NCBI RefSeq assembly: GCF_009914755.1
Contig: NC_060925.1
Strand: one strand, 5' to 3'
From: the human T2T-CHM13v2.0 reference genome, Homo sapiens
DNA: 64,000 nt
Part shown: piece by piece, positions 1 through 14,930 of the stretch
Position numbering within the stretch: the first letter of the stretch is position 1
Layout: each line of letters begins with the position of its first letter
Translations under genes and position numbers: made by a program
The notes under the pieces: generated by a model
Database searches by the model: none
Told to the model about the DNA's origin: nothing
The model's input: the letters and a program-made list of their open reading frames with translations, nothing else

Positions 1-949
1 ATTTGTTTCTAATTATTATTATTCTTTATAAATAAATTTAGAGGTGCAAAATTGTGTCAGAGATTTTCTCCACAGATAATAGGAATTCCCTAATTCCTAT
101 CAAAACCATAACTTGATAAAATCTGAGATTGAGAAAGGCACTCTTGAAGTTCTGCCTCTTTTAAAATATTTTGTGCCTCTAGATATATTTGGAAAACTAA
201 GCATGTGGCAGTTGCTCCTCCCACAGGGTATGAAATCCCATCTTGTACATGGATTACATCATGTAAATTTAGAAATGACAAACTGATACACAACCTTTCA
301 GATGTGAAAACCAATTAGTGTTTATGTGGGGCTGGGCTCTAAGAATAGAATGATTTGACCTAGTTAGCTGTCCAGAAGAAGAAAACCAGGGATCCAGAGT
401 TTGGAACTGTAAAACAGATACATTTGGGATTAATTTTTCACACTACAAAAGGGTCCATCAAAGGTTTCTTTAAATAGCTTGCCTAGTGCACTTAGAATGG
501 AATGCAGTTTATAAAAGTTGAATATAACTTATAAAATTTTAATTTACTCAAAGTTTTTCTGGGTTACAACAATTGTGTAAGATGATAGCACCATGACACT
601 GATGTTCCTAGGAAGAATGAAGAAGGGAGAGCAGCAAGGGGACCGTGTCCATTTGCTTCAGTATAGCAGATGTTTACCAGATAACAGTGGCCATGTCTCC
701 TCCTCATCACCCCAGGTCAAATACTCCCCTCTTTCATCTACCACCTCTCTTGCACTCTTTTTTGTACTAAAATTTTCAAATATTCCCTTTTCTTCCAATC
801 TTTCTATCCTCTCTCCATCCCTAACTTCTTGTCAACTCACCACAATCAGCAATTTCAGCACCTTGCTCATGACCACTGTAAATGTTCTCAAACATTGCTT
901 CCTCTTTCCATGGGTCTTCTTGTTGTTTCTACAATCCCATGGCTTCAAC

Positions 950-1035
950 TCACACCACATACATGCACACACACACACACACATACACATGCACACACAC
1001 ACATCTACACACACATACATTCCTCCACACACACA
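950..1035. repeat. Degenerate (CA)n microsatellite
   Basis: cacacacacacacatacacatgcacacacac tract. Confidence 0.9.
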
Positions 1036-2635
1036 ATTGAACCCCAGATCATTTATTCAGCCTTGACCTCTCTGCTTCCTAGCGTTTGCAACATCTTTAA
1101 CTTCTCTCCTGTTCCAGCTTCCTCATGCTCTAACCCACCTACTACCATCATAATTTTTATTATGTAGAACTCCAATTCTAATTATATTATTTGCATTAAA
1201 ACCTTCAATAATTCTCCATTGCTTCTAAAATTAAGTGAATTCCGGAGTCCAATTGATTCAGGAGTCCGAAATCCTCAGTGATACACGTTTTCATCATACG
1301 TTCCAGTGGTTCTAAACAGAGAGTGATACTGTCGCTCTCTCTCTTCTCAGATGCATCCTAGGCTTTTTGAACTGTGGGAGGCTTTTTTGTTTGTTTGTTT
1401 GTTTGTTTTTGTATTCCCAAGGACTAAAGAGATGCTATTACCATTTAGTGAGCTGGGACCAGAATGTTGAGGTTTCTCCAATGTTTTGGGCAATCTCAAA
1501 AAACAAAAAATTATCTTACACAAAATGACAATAGCATTCTTGGAGAGGAAAACTACAGACAAACTAGAAGTTCCACTAGTTCCCATAAACACCCCATGTT
1601 TATCCTACCATCAACCTATCACTGTATCTTAACAGTTTTTTTAACCTTGACATCCCCCTTATCTTGTCAAAATATTAACCAGCCTTCAGTAATTATCTCA
1701 ATCAGCGTAATCACTATGTCATGAAGAAGTATTTTCTGGGGGCTACCCCATCTCGATTCATGCCTCACTAAAGACCACAGCACTCTGTGCCACGTTATAA
1801 TTCATGTTATTTTTTCTTATGTGTCTTATTCCCTATTAGATCATAAATATGTTAAAAACAGAAATTCTCTTCTTTTTTGTTTTGTTCAGGTGCCTACAAT
1901 ATCTCATTTATTATTTAATTGCATGTGGTGAATATTAAATATTTTTATTTATAATAAACTAGGAAAATTATTAGTTAGGCTGTAAATACCAGGCTTTGTA
2001 TTTCTGCAATTTAAGTGAGTAAAACTCTGGCATTCAGATTTTTTTGACTCCTACATTCCTGTCAAGTTCAAATATATTCTCATCCAAAAATAATGAACTA
2101 CTAGATATTCCACTACTTTTCCAGTCTTCCCCCCGACTATTAGCACACTAAATGTCAATATATTTCTTTTTTAATTACTAAAAGGATAGAATATAGGTGA
2201 CTAAGATGTGTGAGGAGAAAAGTGACTACCACATTCATTCCCTGTGTGTTTTTTAAAAAAAATTTTAATATTTAAAACTTCTATAACAAAAGGTAATGTT
2301 CCTTCAAAGGTAGATTTCATGTGCAGAGCATTAATATGACGCTTATTTTAGCATGAAATAAAAGCAAAACATAATATTCTGATAAATACACCAATTATTG
2401 ACTCATTCATTTTATATTCTATTAATGTGAATCTTCATTAGAGAAATGAATAAATAAACAAGCAAACCAACAGAACAATGGACAGAAACATCCCAGGAAT
2501 GCAGGTGCGTGCACACTGGGTTACAAGGGACAACCAGCATGCATTTCCCTTGAACTCAGGGTCTTTACTTTTCCTGCAAATGGGACCATGTCTGATTATT
2601 TATTATGAATGAACACTTTACCTAGAATTTTTCCT

Positions 2636-2831
2636 TGGCTCAAGCAATCCTCCTGCCTGAGCCTCCTGAGTAGCTGGGACTACAGGCATGCGCCACCATG
2701 CCCAGTTAATTTTTAATTTTTATTTTTGTAGAAACAGAGTTTTACTATGTTGCCCAGGCTGGTCTCCTAAGGTTAAATGATTCAGCTTCCTAAAGTGCTG
2801 AGATTATAAATATGAGCCACTGCACCAGGCC
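2636..2831 (-). mobile_element. Partial AluJ
   Basis: ggctcaagcaatcctcctgcc...gagccactgcaccaggcc; diverged, 3' half and A-tail missing. Confidence 0.85.
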
Positions 2832-2834
2832 CCA

Positions 2835-3056
2835 CAATAACTTTTATTAAAGTATGTTGTTGTAATTGTTCTATTTTATTATTAATTATTGTCAATCTCT
2901 CATTGTGCCTAATTTATAAGTTAAATTTTATCATAGGAATATAGGTATAAGAAAATATTATATTGTATATTGGATTCAGTAATATCTCCAGTTTCAGGCA
3001 TCCACTGGGGGTCTTGGAATATATCCCTGGTAGATAAGAGGGGAGGGGGCTACTAC
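2835..3056. mobile_element. Tigger-family DNA transposon end (MER44/Tigger7-like)
   Basis: ggcatccactgggggtcttggaatatatccc...gggggctactac resembles the MER44/Tigger7 terminus. Confidence 0.65.
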
Positions 3057-3759
3057 AATTTTTATACTCAGCTTGTATTTCCCACCAAAAAAATGAGATT
3101 TTGATTATAGATATTTAAGCCTATAGGTCAATATGAAAAGATCTGACATCTTTATAATATTGAGTTCCCCTTACCATGAATGTAGTACATTTTTGCATTT
3201 ATTTAGATGTTCTTTAATATCTTTTAGTAAGAGTTTACAATTTTCTTTATGGGGTTCTTATATACCTTTTGTGTGATAAATAGTTACATCCATTGTGACT
3301 GCTGAAATCGTTTGGACTAATTGCAAACATATTATTTTATTCTGTCTAGTATTTTTTCTCACCCTATCTTTCTATCTTTTTTCCTTTCCTTTGATTATTT
3401 GAATATGAGCTATATTTCTATTCTTTGGTGAGTACCCCAGAAGCTTTAATATATTATTTAAAATAACTAATTATATTTTTAATATGTTTGTCTTATTCTT
3501 AAATGAAAGATCTTAGACCATTTTAATTAAAATCATTCTCTCCTGACCTCTATAATACCTCTTTATTTTAATTTCCAGTATTTTATCTTCATCAAGATTT
3601 TATAAATTCCATAATGATTTCATTGTTTTATACAACTATGTTTTATTTAGGCTTACCTCATGTTTAATGTTTCATTGTTTGTTATGGTTACATTTCAAAT
3701 CTTTCTTCTAGTATCATTTTTCTTTTCCATAAATGCACCTTTAAAAATTATTTAAGCCT

Positions 3760-4049
<290 letters not shown>

Positions 4050-4745
4050 TCACTCTGTTGGAAGTAAACAAATGAAAAACACTTATCTTCCCTCTTTTTT
4101 AAGATATTTAGTAGATAGAGGATTTTAATTGTTCAGTTACTTTTTTCCCTGCACCTTCAGGGGGAAAATGCTATTCCATGTTTTACTTTCTTTGTTGCTG
4201 TTAAAATTTCATCTATGAATCTAATTGTTATTTCTTTTGTTTTTAATCTGCCTTTTAAAACTGCTTTTAGAAGTCTTCTTTATCTTTGGTATCCTACAGT
4301 TTAATTATGTTGTGTATAGATATAAATTTATGTTTATTTATTTTACTTGTGATATATTATGTTTCCAGAATTTGAAAATTGACATCTTTCATAAACTCTG
4401 GATAATCCTCAGCTGTTGTCTCTTCTAACATTTCTTTATTACTTCTTCTTTAGTATCTCTTTCTGGAATTCTAGTTGGATATTTTTTAAAGTTTCTCACT
4501 CTATTTTCCACATTTCTCAATCTCTTTTTAAAAAATATTTCCCACCCTTTACTTTCTCTATCCTGCTTTCTGGGTAATTTTTTCAGATCTGTCTTCCAAT
4601 TCACTTATTCTCTCAGAAGCTGGATTTAATGTGTTGTTTACTTTGTTCATTGCATTTCTAATTCAATTTATTTCTAATTTATATTCCAGTTCTAGAAGTT
4701 GCATGTCATTTACAATTTTACAGGAGAGTTTAAAAAAAGCTGTAG

Positions 4746-5173
<428 letters not shown>

Positions 5174-8099
5174 AACTTGGAGTTTTTCATAGAACACGTG
5201 TAGTAATAATTCTGCTTTAAACTAGCTTGTATGTGGGCTGGCAGATGAGACTTCTGAGGGTTATATATATATATATACATTTTCTTTTTCTCACTTTACC
5301 TGGAGCCAGGAATAATGTAAGATATTTATCCTCTGCATATCTTTATGTAGAGTGAATTTTATTTTTTCTGATTTACCTAATCTGGATGTTGCCCTTTGAA
5401 GATTTTGGCTTTATACAGGTGTTTCTTATCTGACCCTCCACCTTGCTTGGACCCATGATGTATCTCTACCATATAATCTATTAAAATTCATGCTATAGGT
5501 CAACAAGAGTCAGTATGAGAACTTCATAGCACTTATATTTACTTGGAGTGATAATCTTAGAAAATCGTTTTCTTTTATATTCATACCCATAGTAGATTGT
5601 AAACATCATGCAGGCATAAAATGTCTCTCCTTTTGCTGCTGTTTCTCCAGTACTTAGAACAGTGCCCGGTACATGGTAGGTGCCAAACACCTATTTGTGA
5701 TGTACATGAACATAATGACTTCCCACAAACATGATGCCATTGAATTCAACAATCTTGTGAAGTATGCCTCATGGTTTCTATTTTTTAGATAAAACAGAAA
5801 CTCAAATAATGTAAGCAATGCATATAACTATTTAGTAGAAAAAATGGTAGTTCATAATTTAATTTGGGCCTGTCCGGTAGTGTTTTCATTACATCATGCT
5901 ATCTCTGGAGACTTAACTTTGCCAACATGTTTGCCAACACCAGAACGTTATGTCAAGTTTGGGCTTTGAAGAGAATCAGCAGGGAGCTATCCAGAGTACT
6001 GAACTACCTCGCACTTAAACTGCCAGATCTAGTGGAACATACTTCCCTCTGTCTATGGCCAATAGCCTTTGATTGGAGGGAAATTTCCCTTCTCACTCTA
6101 ACTCTGATAGTAGCCACTTTGCCTCAGCTTATGCCTCCTGAAGAAACACTATAAATCACCTGCCTGTGCTGATACAGACCCAAACTGAACACAACTCCAC
6201 AGCTGCTGCCTCGTTCACAGGCGTGCCGTGGACTCCCTCTGTATCTTCTTCAAAACAGCCTCTCCCAAACAGCCTCACTCTCTGACCACATTTGTAAAAG
6301 TAGCGACAACCAATCAGAGCACATAAAAGGATGAACTTCTTCCTTCTAGGAACTTAACTGAAGTGACACTTGTGGACTAGCTTTGAGGATAGCTCTACTT
6401 CAGCATGATTTCTTTATGGAACTGAGTACACTGTAAAATTAGGCTCTTCTTTTCACTTCCTCATTAAACGTACTCTCCACTGTGGTAGCCAAATGCAGTC
6501 AATGAATGAAAAAAACAACAACAATCTTTTAGCTGACATTTGTGGGCAACAATTGACTTTCTGGTGATGAAAGTCCAAGAGTTTTTCAGGGCCAGAAATG
6601 AAGAAAAAGACCACTCTTTCTCATGCATAAATACAATAGGGAATCAGCATCTTTTAGCTAATTCTACTTAGAAATAATTTTAATATTTATAAATTTAATA
6701 AAACCAAAAAGGGTCTTTGGCTTTCTAACTTATATTTTACTTATTCAAAGAATGCTGATTTGAAATATGATATCTATAGAATTTACAAAAGACTGTAGTG
6801 CTTATTGGAACATTATATTAGTATCTAACCCTCACTTCAGCAGTGTCTTCTGAGCTTGTAGGAAGAGTTGTCTTTCTTACTCAGTGACACTGTTGACTTA
6901 AGTTCTATGGATCTTGTATGTATAATGAGGAGAACAAGATGTTGCTTGCCTAAATCTAGGGACAAGACCATTTTTTTTTAGGATAGCTATCATCTCTGAG
7001 ACGTAAAATTTTTATGACATGCACTTCCTGAACGTCAGTTATCAAGCTCATTAAGGGCCTGCAGTGGCAAAATATAAAAGGCAAAGGAGAGAAGCTAGAA
7101 TCTAAGCAAGTGCCACGATGCCTATCAGTTGCCTTTTATCTCTTTCTTTTTAAGCTCATAACTTCTTGAAATGCCCATAGGTTTTACTAATTAACAAAAT
7201 CAGAAAATCTCCTAATGTTGTGGTGGTATGGGGCTGAAAAGGGAAATATATAACTATGCATGTTGATGTGACAGTGTGAAAGTGTTTGGTATACCTCATT
7301 ATGTTCCTGAATGCCATCTTATATAGATGGGAAAATTAAAGAAAGTGGGGAGTGGTCTTTCACAAAGTTAAAACTATCTCCATGAAGATCCAAACAATAA
7401 ACACAGCCATTTACTATATTTACATAACACCTCTTCACCGCATCCCTAGGTGCATACCCAGACAGCACTATAGTGAAATATACAAGCAATTCCCTTATGC
7501 ACACATATACACGAAAAGTGAAAGGAGGGCTATAAATTGATTGCTAGTGCCCTCTGCATTGCATGCTTCTGGTATCTTACAAATCACCAGAATTGGACAT
7601 AGTCTGTGATGAAAGGTGATAGGGCTCTATGTTAAGAACTCCTTTTCGGCTGATGTGGACTAAAGTAACCATGTTAGCTGCTTGTTTTTAGCTGCCTTGC
7701 TCTCTAACGCCATCTAGCAGTCAGTTGCCAAACCACGAGTGAGGCCTCCTCCAGCCCTCCTGAATGCTGTACTAAGGATAGAGGCTTGGAGACTTCACGC
7801 CGAACAAAGGTGTGCAGCCTCAAAGTTGAGGAGCATGTGAAAAATGTCAATCTTTTCCTTCACTTTTAAAACCACCCTTAGTTTGAAACAGCCTTTCGCC
7901 ATGAAAAATGTAAAAGAAAGAACATCAAACAAAATATTCTGTTCAAAAGAGGAGGTGATGAAAATGGAAAATTAATAAAAGTCAAGATATGAGAAGAGCC
8001 CTACGTGTGTAAAATTGGCACCTTTAAAAAAAATTTAAGTACCTGGATTTATTGTCACACATAAAAGATTTGCATGAAAAGAGTGAGCGAGTGACATAT

Positions 8100-8900
8100 T
8101 TAGGTTACAACATATCCACCTGAGAGAGAGAATGAGATGCAGCTCTCACCGTGGCTATTCTGATGCTGTAATTTCGTGTTCTTTTCTATCCGTCAGCAGT
8201 GCTTGTTAGCGACCTAAAATGCACTCCCTCCTAACCCAAAGGGCGAGCCAGAGTGCATTTCCCTCTTCAAGCGTTTTGTAATACTAATTAACTAATTCCC
8301 AGCCACATGAAGAGAACCTGCGAAGATTCGCCGGAGGCAAACTGCTAAATAAATGGTGACAGATTTCTCAGTTTTCAATTAGATGAAATGACATATTGGG
8401 ACAACGAATGGCCTGACTTTCTAGTGATGAGAGTTCTATGAGGTTTTCATTCCTGAAAATGAAGAGAAACCCTCTCCATTCATACACAAAGGAGGGCCCG
8501 GGCCCACTCTTAAGCACATCAAAGCACACAGATCCCGCCTTTGGCAGTTGCGTGTGTGTACAACTGAAAGTAAGACTTGGCCCAAAAATGCTGCTTTTGA
8601 GACTGCTTCTGCTGTCCTGAAATATCTGACAGGACAAGCACAGGGACCAAAGAGAACAACCGGCCTAATTAAATCTATACAGGCAGCACTGTGTTCTGTT
8701 CATCCTCCCTGACTCCAGCTCTGGCCTCGCCCTGCTCCCTCCTGACTCCAGTATTTGTGTTGCGAAGCTGAATCTCTTGCTAGCATGGCAACTGTTGCTA
8801 TGTTCGCAGCAATAAGAAGTGGGTGATGCTGGTGTCTCTGTAATGATTCAGATACAAGAGCAATGATTTCTAAATAGATTTCTGAAGCAGCTCTTACAAT
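8100..8900. promoter_or_regulatory. Candidate conserved non-coding/enhancer block
   Basis: Repeat-free and CpG-richer than its flanks; TAATTA homeobox motifs, TCF/LEF ACATCAAAG at 8516-8524, and RFX-like catggcaac at ~8784-8792. Confidence 0.4.
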
Positions 8901-9679
8901 GGCTCTGAACAGTTTAACAGGTTTAATTCCTCATGGATTGTTTTTTCTTTTTTTCACCTTTAACATCTTCCATGTGGACTATATCTAAACCTCATATAAT
9001 GCAAAAATGGCATCGTTCTTCCTTTTGCTTACTCGTATTTGAAGCAGGAATTTTCTTGTAAAAAAACACATTAAACCAGTTGTCATTTCTCATTATCTCC
9101 TTGGAACCTATGAGATGGAGTTTTTCTTGATATTTAGTTAATGGCAACTAACGAAATCTGAAAAAATACTGGACCCAGGAAGAAAATAACTCCTGAATTA
9201 ACCAAAGTGGAATGAAAATCTTCACCATTAATATTTGTGATATTAGCTGAACATTTTTTATTAATGTGCAGATGTTTTAAAGGCCTCATCTGCAAACGAG
9301 TACAAAAAATTTACTAGTGGATATATGTTTGCCACCCTGACTTCTCTTTCAAAGAGAAAGTAAAAAAATGAAATCACTTTTTGTTTTTTTGGCCTTCATC
9401 AGTCTCTTATTTGCCAGCCCAGCCAGTGTTAACTATGCCACTAAGTGTCACCAGATGCTAACACAGCCCGGGTCCTAGGGGGATATGATGTAGATAATAT
9501 TGCCATGTGCACTGATGGCAATACAGACCTGGCCAAAGGATAAAAAGAGAAGACACGTTACATGTTTTGATCTGTGACATAGAACAGAAATGTGTATTCA
9601 AACATAGACACTTAGTATGTTCTAGACGCTATTGTGCATTTTTTGTATGCCTGTCGTAGCACAGACTTATTACAACTCT

Positions 9680-10100
9680 TCTACAGCTAAGAGTTATTTA
9701 TCAGTATTCTACAAATGAGAAACTGAAGCACAGAAAGTATAAATGGCCTGCCCAAGGCTTTGTAACTAGTAAACAGCAGGGCCAAGATTTGAGCCGAGAT
9801 CAGCCTGATTCCAAAGCCCATGATTTTTTTACTACTTGCTGAGCTGCTATAGTGTGAGACAAGAGAGCTGCTCTCATACTAATCAGTTGTGTGACATGAG
9901 CAAATCCCTTTCTGCCCTGGGTTTTAGGATTATCATCTATAATGAGGCATTTGAATTGGATGCTTGCTATTCAAGCTGTGACTCACAGACCAGCAGCTCT
10001 GGCATCACCTAGGAGCTTGTTAGAAATGTACAATCTCAGGCCCCACACCGGACCTGCCGAATCTGCATTTTAACAAGATTTTAACAGGCGACTTGCAAAT
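9680..10100. mobile_element. MIR fragments and a MER5-like DNA transposon
   Basis: MIR core (tacaaatgagaaactgaagcacagaaag; cctgcccaagg) followed by ggcatcacctaggagcttgttagaaatg...ctgcattttaacaag (MER5). Confidence 0.65.
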
Positions 10101-11550
10101 ATACAGTAACCAATCTCTGGGGACCTTTTAGTTTTAGTGTACTGTATTTAGAATGTCACCTTGCTCTTATCTCTTTCTAGATTTTTTTCCTTCTCCAAGG
10201 TTGTTTTACTGCTCCCTATGAGCATTCCTAATCTCATTCTTACACTTGATGGAAAGATTCACTGTCTTCTCGGAAAAGATTTATCTATCTTAATTCATTT
10301 ACCACTTTCTACTTGGTATCATGTCTCTGTTGAATAAGTTTCTTGAGGGGGAGAGCCATTCATATTAAATAATTTCATATCTGTAATACCAATTGACAAG
10401 GTTCATTAAACTAAAGAAAATATATTGAAAGGAATGTTGAACAAATTATTATCTTAATTTAGTTACAAATATTACATAGTGTGCTGATCGCAAGATCCCT
10501 GTATTATTCATTACAAATATTTCAAGGCAAGCACAATCCAAGTTCTTTAAATATAGGTCCAGGAAAATTTGCAAATATCACACATGATGAGCAGTTTTTA
10601 AATTTCTTCACCCCCCCCCCCCATCTTTTTAACACAAAAATACATAAAGGATTCAATTAAGACCAAGTTCAATCCCAATGTCTCCTCCTGTAGGAAGTTG
10701 TCCTAAATACCCTCAACTAGTTACCCATCATGTTTGCTGTTACTATATTCTGTACAGATCCCATCAGAGAATAGAAACATTATTGTAATTATTGATGTCT
10801 TTGTATGTCAATTGCCATACACACACACATGCGCACGCACTTACACACAGAGTAAGCTTCTTGAAGCCAGGAACTGTGTCTTTCATTTTTGCATTGTTCA
10901 TATTTATCACAATGCTTGGCATATAGTGTGATGGATATATGTGTATTGAATGAATGAATGAATGACTCAATCAATACAAATCTTTCTGGCCCCAAAGTCT
11001 CTTTTTTGCTTTAATGTACTTCTTGTTCTCCTTCACATTAGGATGGTTCACTGACACCAACAACATGGAGATGCACAGTTCTATGGTGAGAATTTCAAAG
11101 AACTTGTTTTAGCCATGTTGGTATTCCCTACTAATATGGTACTTTAGTGTACTATGGCATGAGCTACCGTCATCCAGGAACATGGGCTCTGAGACTTAGG
11201 AACTTAAGTACCTTTGAAATTACAAAGGCTGAAAATTGAAGCAGCGTTTGTATTTTTTCCTCTCTGGTTAGTCAGGTGTTCATTCAACAAACATTTGCAG
11301 AGTCCCTATATTGTGCTGGGAGTTTGCCAGGAACCAAAGATGCTGAAAAGCAAACATAGTATAATATTTCTACCTTTAAGTAGTTTGTATGGAAAATAGA
11401 CCCCAAATGTATTATAATGCAATGTGATTGTATACAATGACGGGCACACGACTCTAGTGTATTCTAACACAGACGGAGGCATTACTAAGAAAAAGGAGAG
11501 GCAGGCATGTGGATAGCTTCTTGCAAAAGGTGGCCTTGCCAAAGAGATGC

Positions 11551-11671
11551 AGAAATACCTAATGTAAATGATGAGTTAATGGGTGCAGCACACCAACATG
11601 GCACATGTATACATATGTAACAAACCTGCACCTTGTGCACATGTACCCTAGAACTTAAAGTATAATAAAAA
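11551..11671 (+). mobile_element. L1PA 3' terminal fragment (L1PA5/6-like)
   Basis: cctaatgtaaatgatgagttaatgggtgcagcacaccaac...agaacttaaagtataataaaa. Confidence 0.88.
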
Positions 11672-13136
11672 TAGTAATAATAATAGCCATCATAAGTGTA
11701 ACCATACTGAGTTCTTATTTTGTACCAGATAACAGGCTATGGTACTTTAAATGTGTTATCTCATTTAATCTTCATAAAAATAAAGAAGGTATTATGATTT
11801 TTTCAATTTCACAGATGAGAAAAAATAAAGTCCCCAAAATACAAGTGGCAAATGCCTGATGTAGGACTTAAACCTGGCCAGAGTAGTTCTAGAACTGGTG
11901 AATCTGGACACCAAACTCCACAAAAGACAGAGAGAAAAGGGTTAAAAAATAGCCCACAGGCCAGGAGGCAGACTGCATTCAGAGGATAAGTAGCGAATCA
12001 GTCTGCCAGAGCGGTAGCATGGGAGACTGCACACAAACTGAGAAAACCAACAGCAAGCTATAGGTCAGAGCCCAACCCGGGGCATATGTCTGGTAGAAGG
12101 GAGGCTCAGGAGGAAGGGTGCTTTGCTGATAACATAAGTGGGAGTTAGTGTGCTATACTGGGAAAGAGCTTGCATCTTGAAGCCAGAGGTATGTGTTCTA
12201 ATCCCACCTCTGTCTTTAAGAACAGTGTAAACTTGGGCCTCAGTAACTAAAATAGGGACCATAATATTACCTTGTCTGGTTTTTACAGGGTCTGCAGAAA
12301 ATTCATATAAAACACTTAATATCATCCCTGAGAAACTTATGTTGTTTTGTTTTAAACTAAAGATAAATGTCCCTATTTCACAGTTCTACCCACGGATGGA
12401 TAAACCCCTTTCTGAGGGTGAGAAATGAAAGCCTGTGTCTATCTGAAATTCGGGATCCTTATTCAGACACTTTCTTCTTCTTTTTATCACTTATTCTCTT
12501 TGAGATAGTAGAGCACTCCTTTTTCCTCATTAAATAGCAGCTTTACCCATAAATTTCTCACAGCTTTTCCTTACTTATTTACACTACTTGATTGTCAAAT
12601 TTGACAGTGTTGACCATTCCTCAGTCAAGTTGCCATTTGGAATAACTTAAAGGTTTCTGGATGTTTTCTACCCAGCAGCTATTTATGACAATGACAGAAA
12701 TCAGGAAAATGACATTTGAGGGTTTCAATTTTTCTCTATAATCCCTGAAAATAAAGCGATAGTCAATTGTGAATGTGGCTGCTGAATGCTAGAGTACTAC
12801 ATAACAATAGAAAAGATTTAAGATGCTTGAGAACTAACAAATCTAAATTTATTGGTTTTACACAAATGAATGATTTTCATTTTATTTTAAAAATTGTCCT
12901 TTATTGTTTAGGGCAAGATAAATCGTATACTCTTTTCTTCAATAATATTTTATCAGATTAACATAGAGGACAATGAATTATGAAATTATGAAATAAATAA
13001 AATTGAGGACAAAGCACCAATATTAAAATGTTGATTGTTGTTTTTGTCATGTCATATATGTTAAGGAATAGAGTGTTGTGTTTGATTTTGAAAGGTACCT
13101 ATGAACTGCTTTCTGGTTTTGAGTGATCTGAATTTC

Positions 13137-13419
13137 TTTTTTTTTTTTTTTTTTTTTTTTTTTTGAGACAGGGTCTCACTTTGTTACCCAGTACAGTTGT
13201 GCGATTATGGCTCACTGCAGCCTCAACTTCCCCAGGCTCAGGTGATTTTCCCTCCTCAGCTCCCCAAGTAGCTGGAACTACAGGCATACGCCACTGCACT
13301 TGGCTAATTTTTGTATTTTTTGTAGAGACAGGGTTTCACCAAGTCACCCAGGCTGGTCTTGAATTCCTGAATTCAAGCGATCTGCTTGCTTTCCAAGGTG
13401 TGAGCCTATGCGCCCAGCT
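13137..13419 (-). mobile_element. AluJ with internal deletion
   Basis: Poly-T tail and gacagggtctcact; TSD tgaatttc at 13129-13136 and 13420-13427. Confidence 0.9.
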
Positions 13420-13611
13420 TGAATTTCAATGTCACAGATTTTCTATTGCTTGTGTATTCTTTGGGTATTTTATTTCTTTTGTAAAAGGTAGACAGTTCTG
13501 AGTTTAAACATGACTTAGAGATGTTTAACTACATTTCTTACCCCCTGATTTTTACTTCCTGAGATCAGTAGTAGAGAGGGCAATCAGTTCTCACCTTTTA
13601 AAAAGATCTGA

Positions 13612-13950
<339 letters not shown>

Positions 13951-14231
13951 TTAAAAAATTATTGCTCATTAAATTAAACAGCACCTTGTCTATAATTTGT
14001 TCAAAACTACCAACTACCAGATCTATGTGTTATACTTTGTTAAATAAACTTCCGTTTCTCTTTGGGAAAGACATATATAGGATCTTGAACAGTATATAAA
14101 GTTTAATTAAATATGGCTAGCATTGAAAAGTTCATGGAATTAATCAACTAGCTCACAAATGTGTGTTGATTTCCCTCTAGGTACACAGCACTGTGTCTGC
14201 CCCTACCCAGAGAGGCCCAGTATTTTGATAG

Positions 14232-14930
<699 letters not shown>

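Noticed and set aside
593-1167. 157-aa and 112-aa ORFs with HT repeats
   Set aside because: Translation of a (CA)n microsatellite and L2-like sequence; no splice or homology support.
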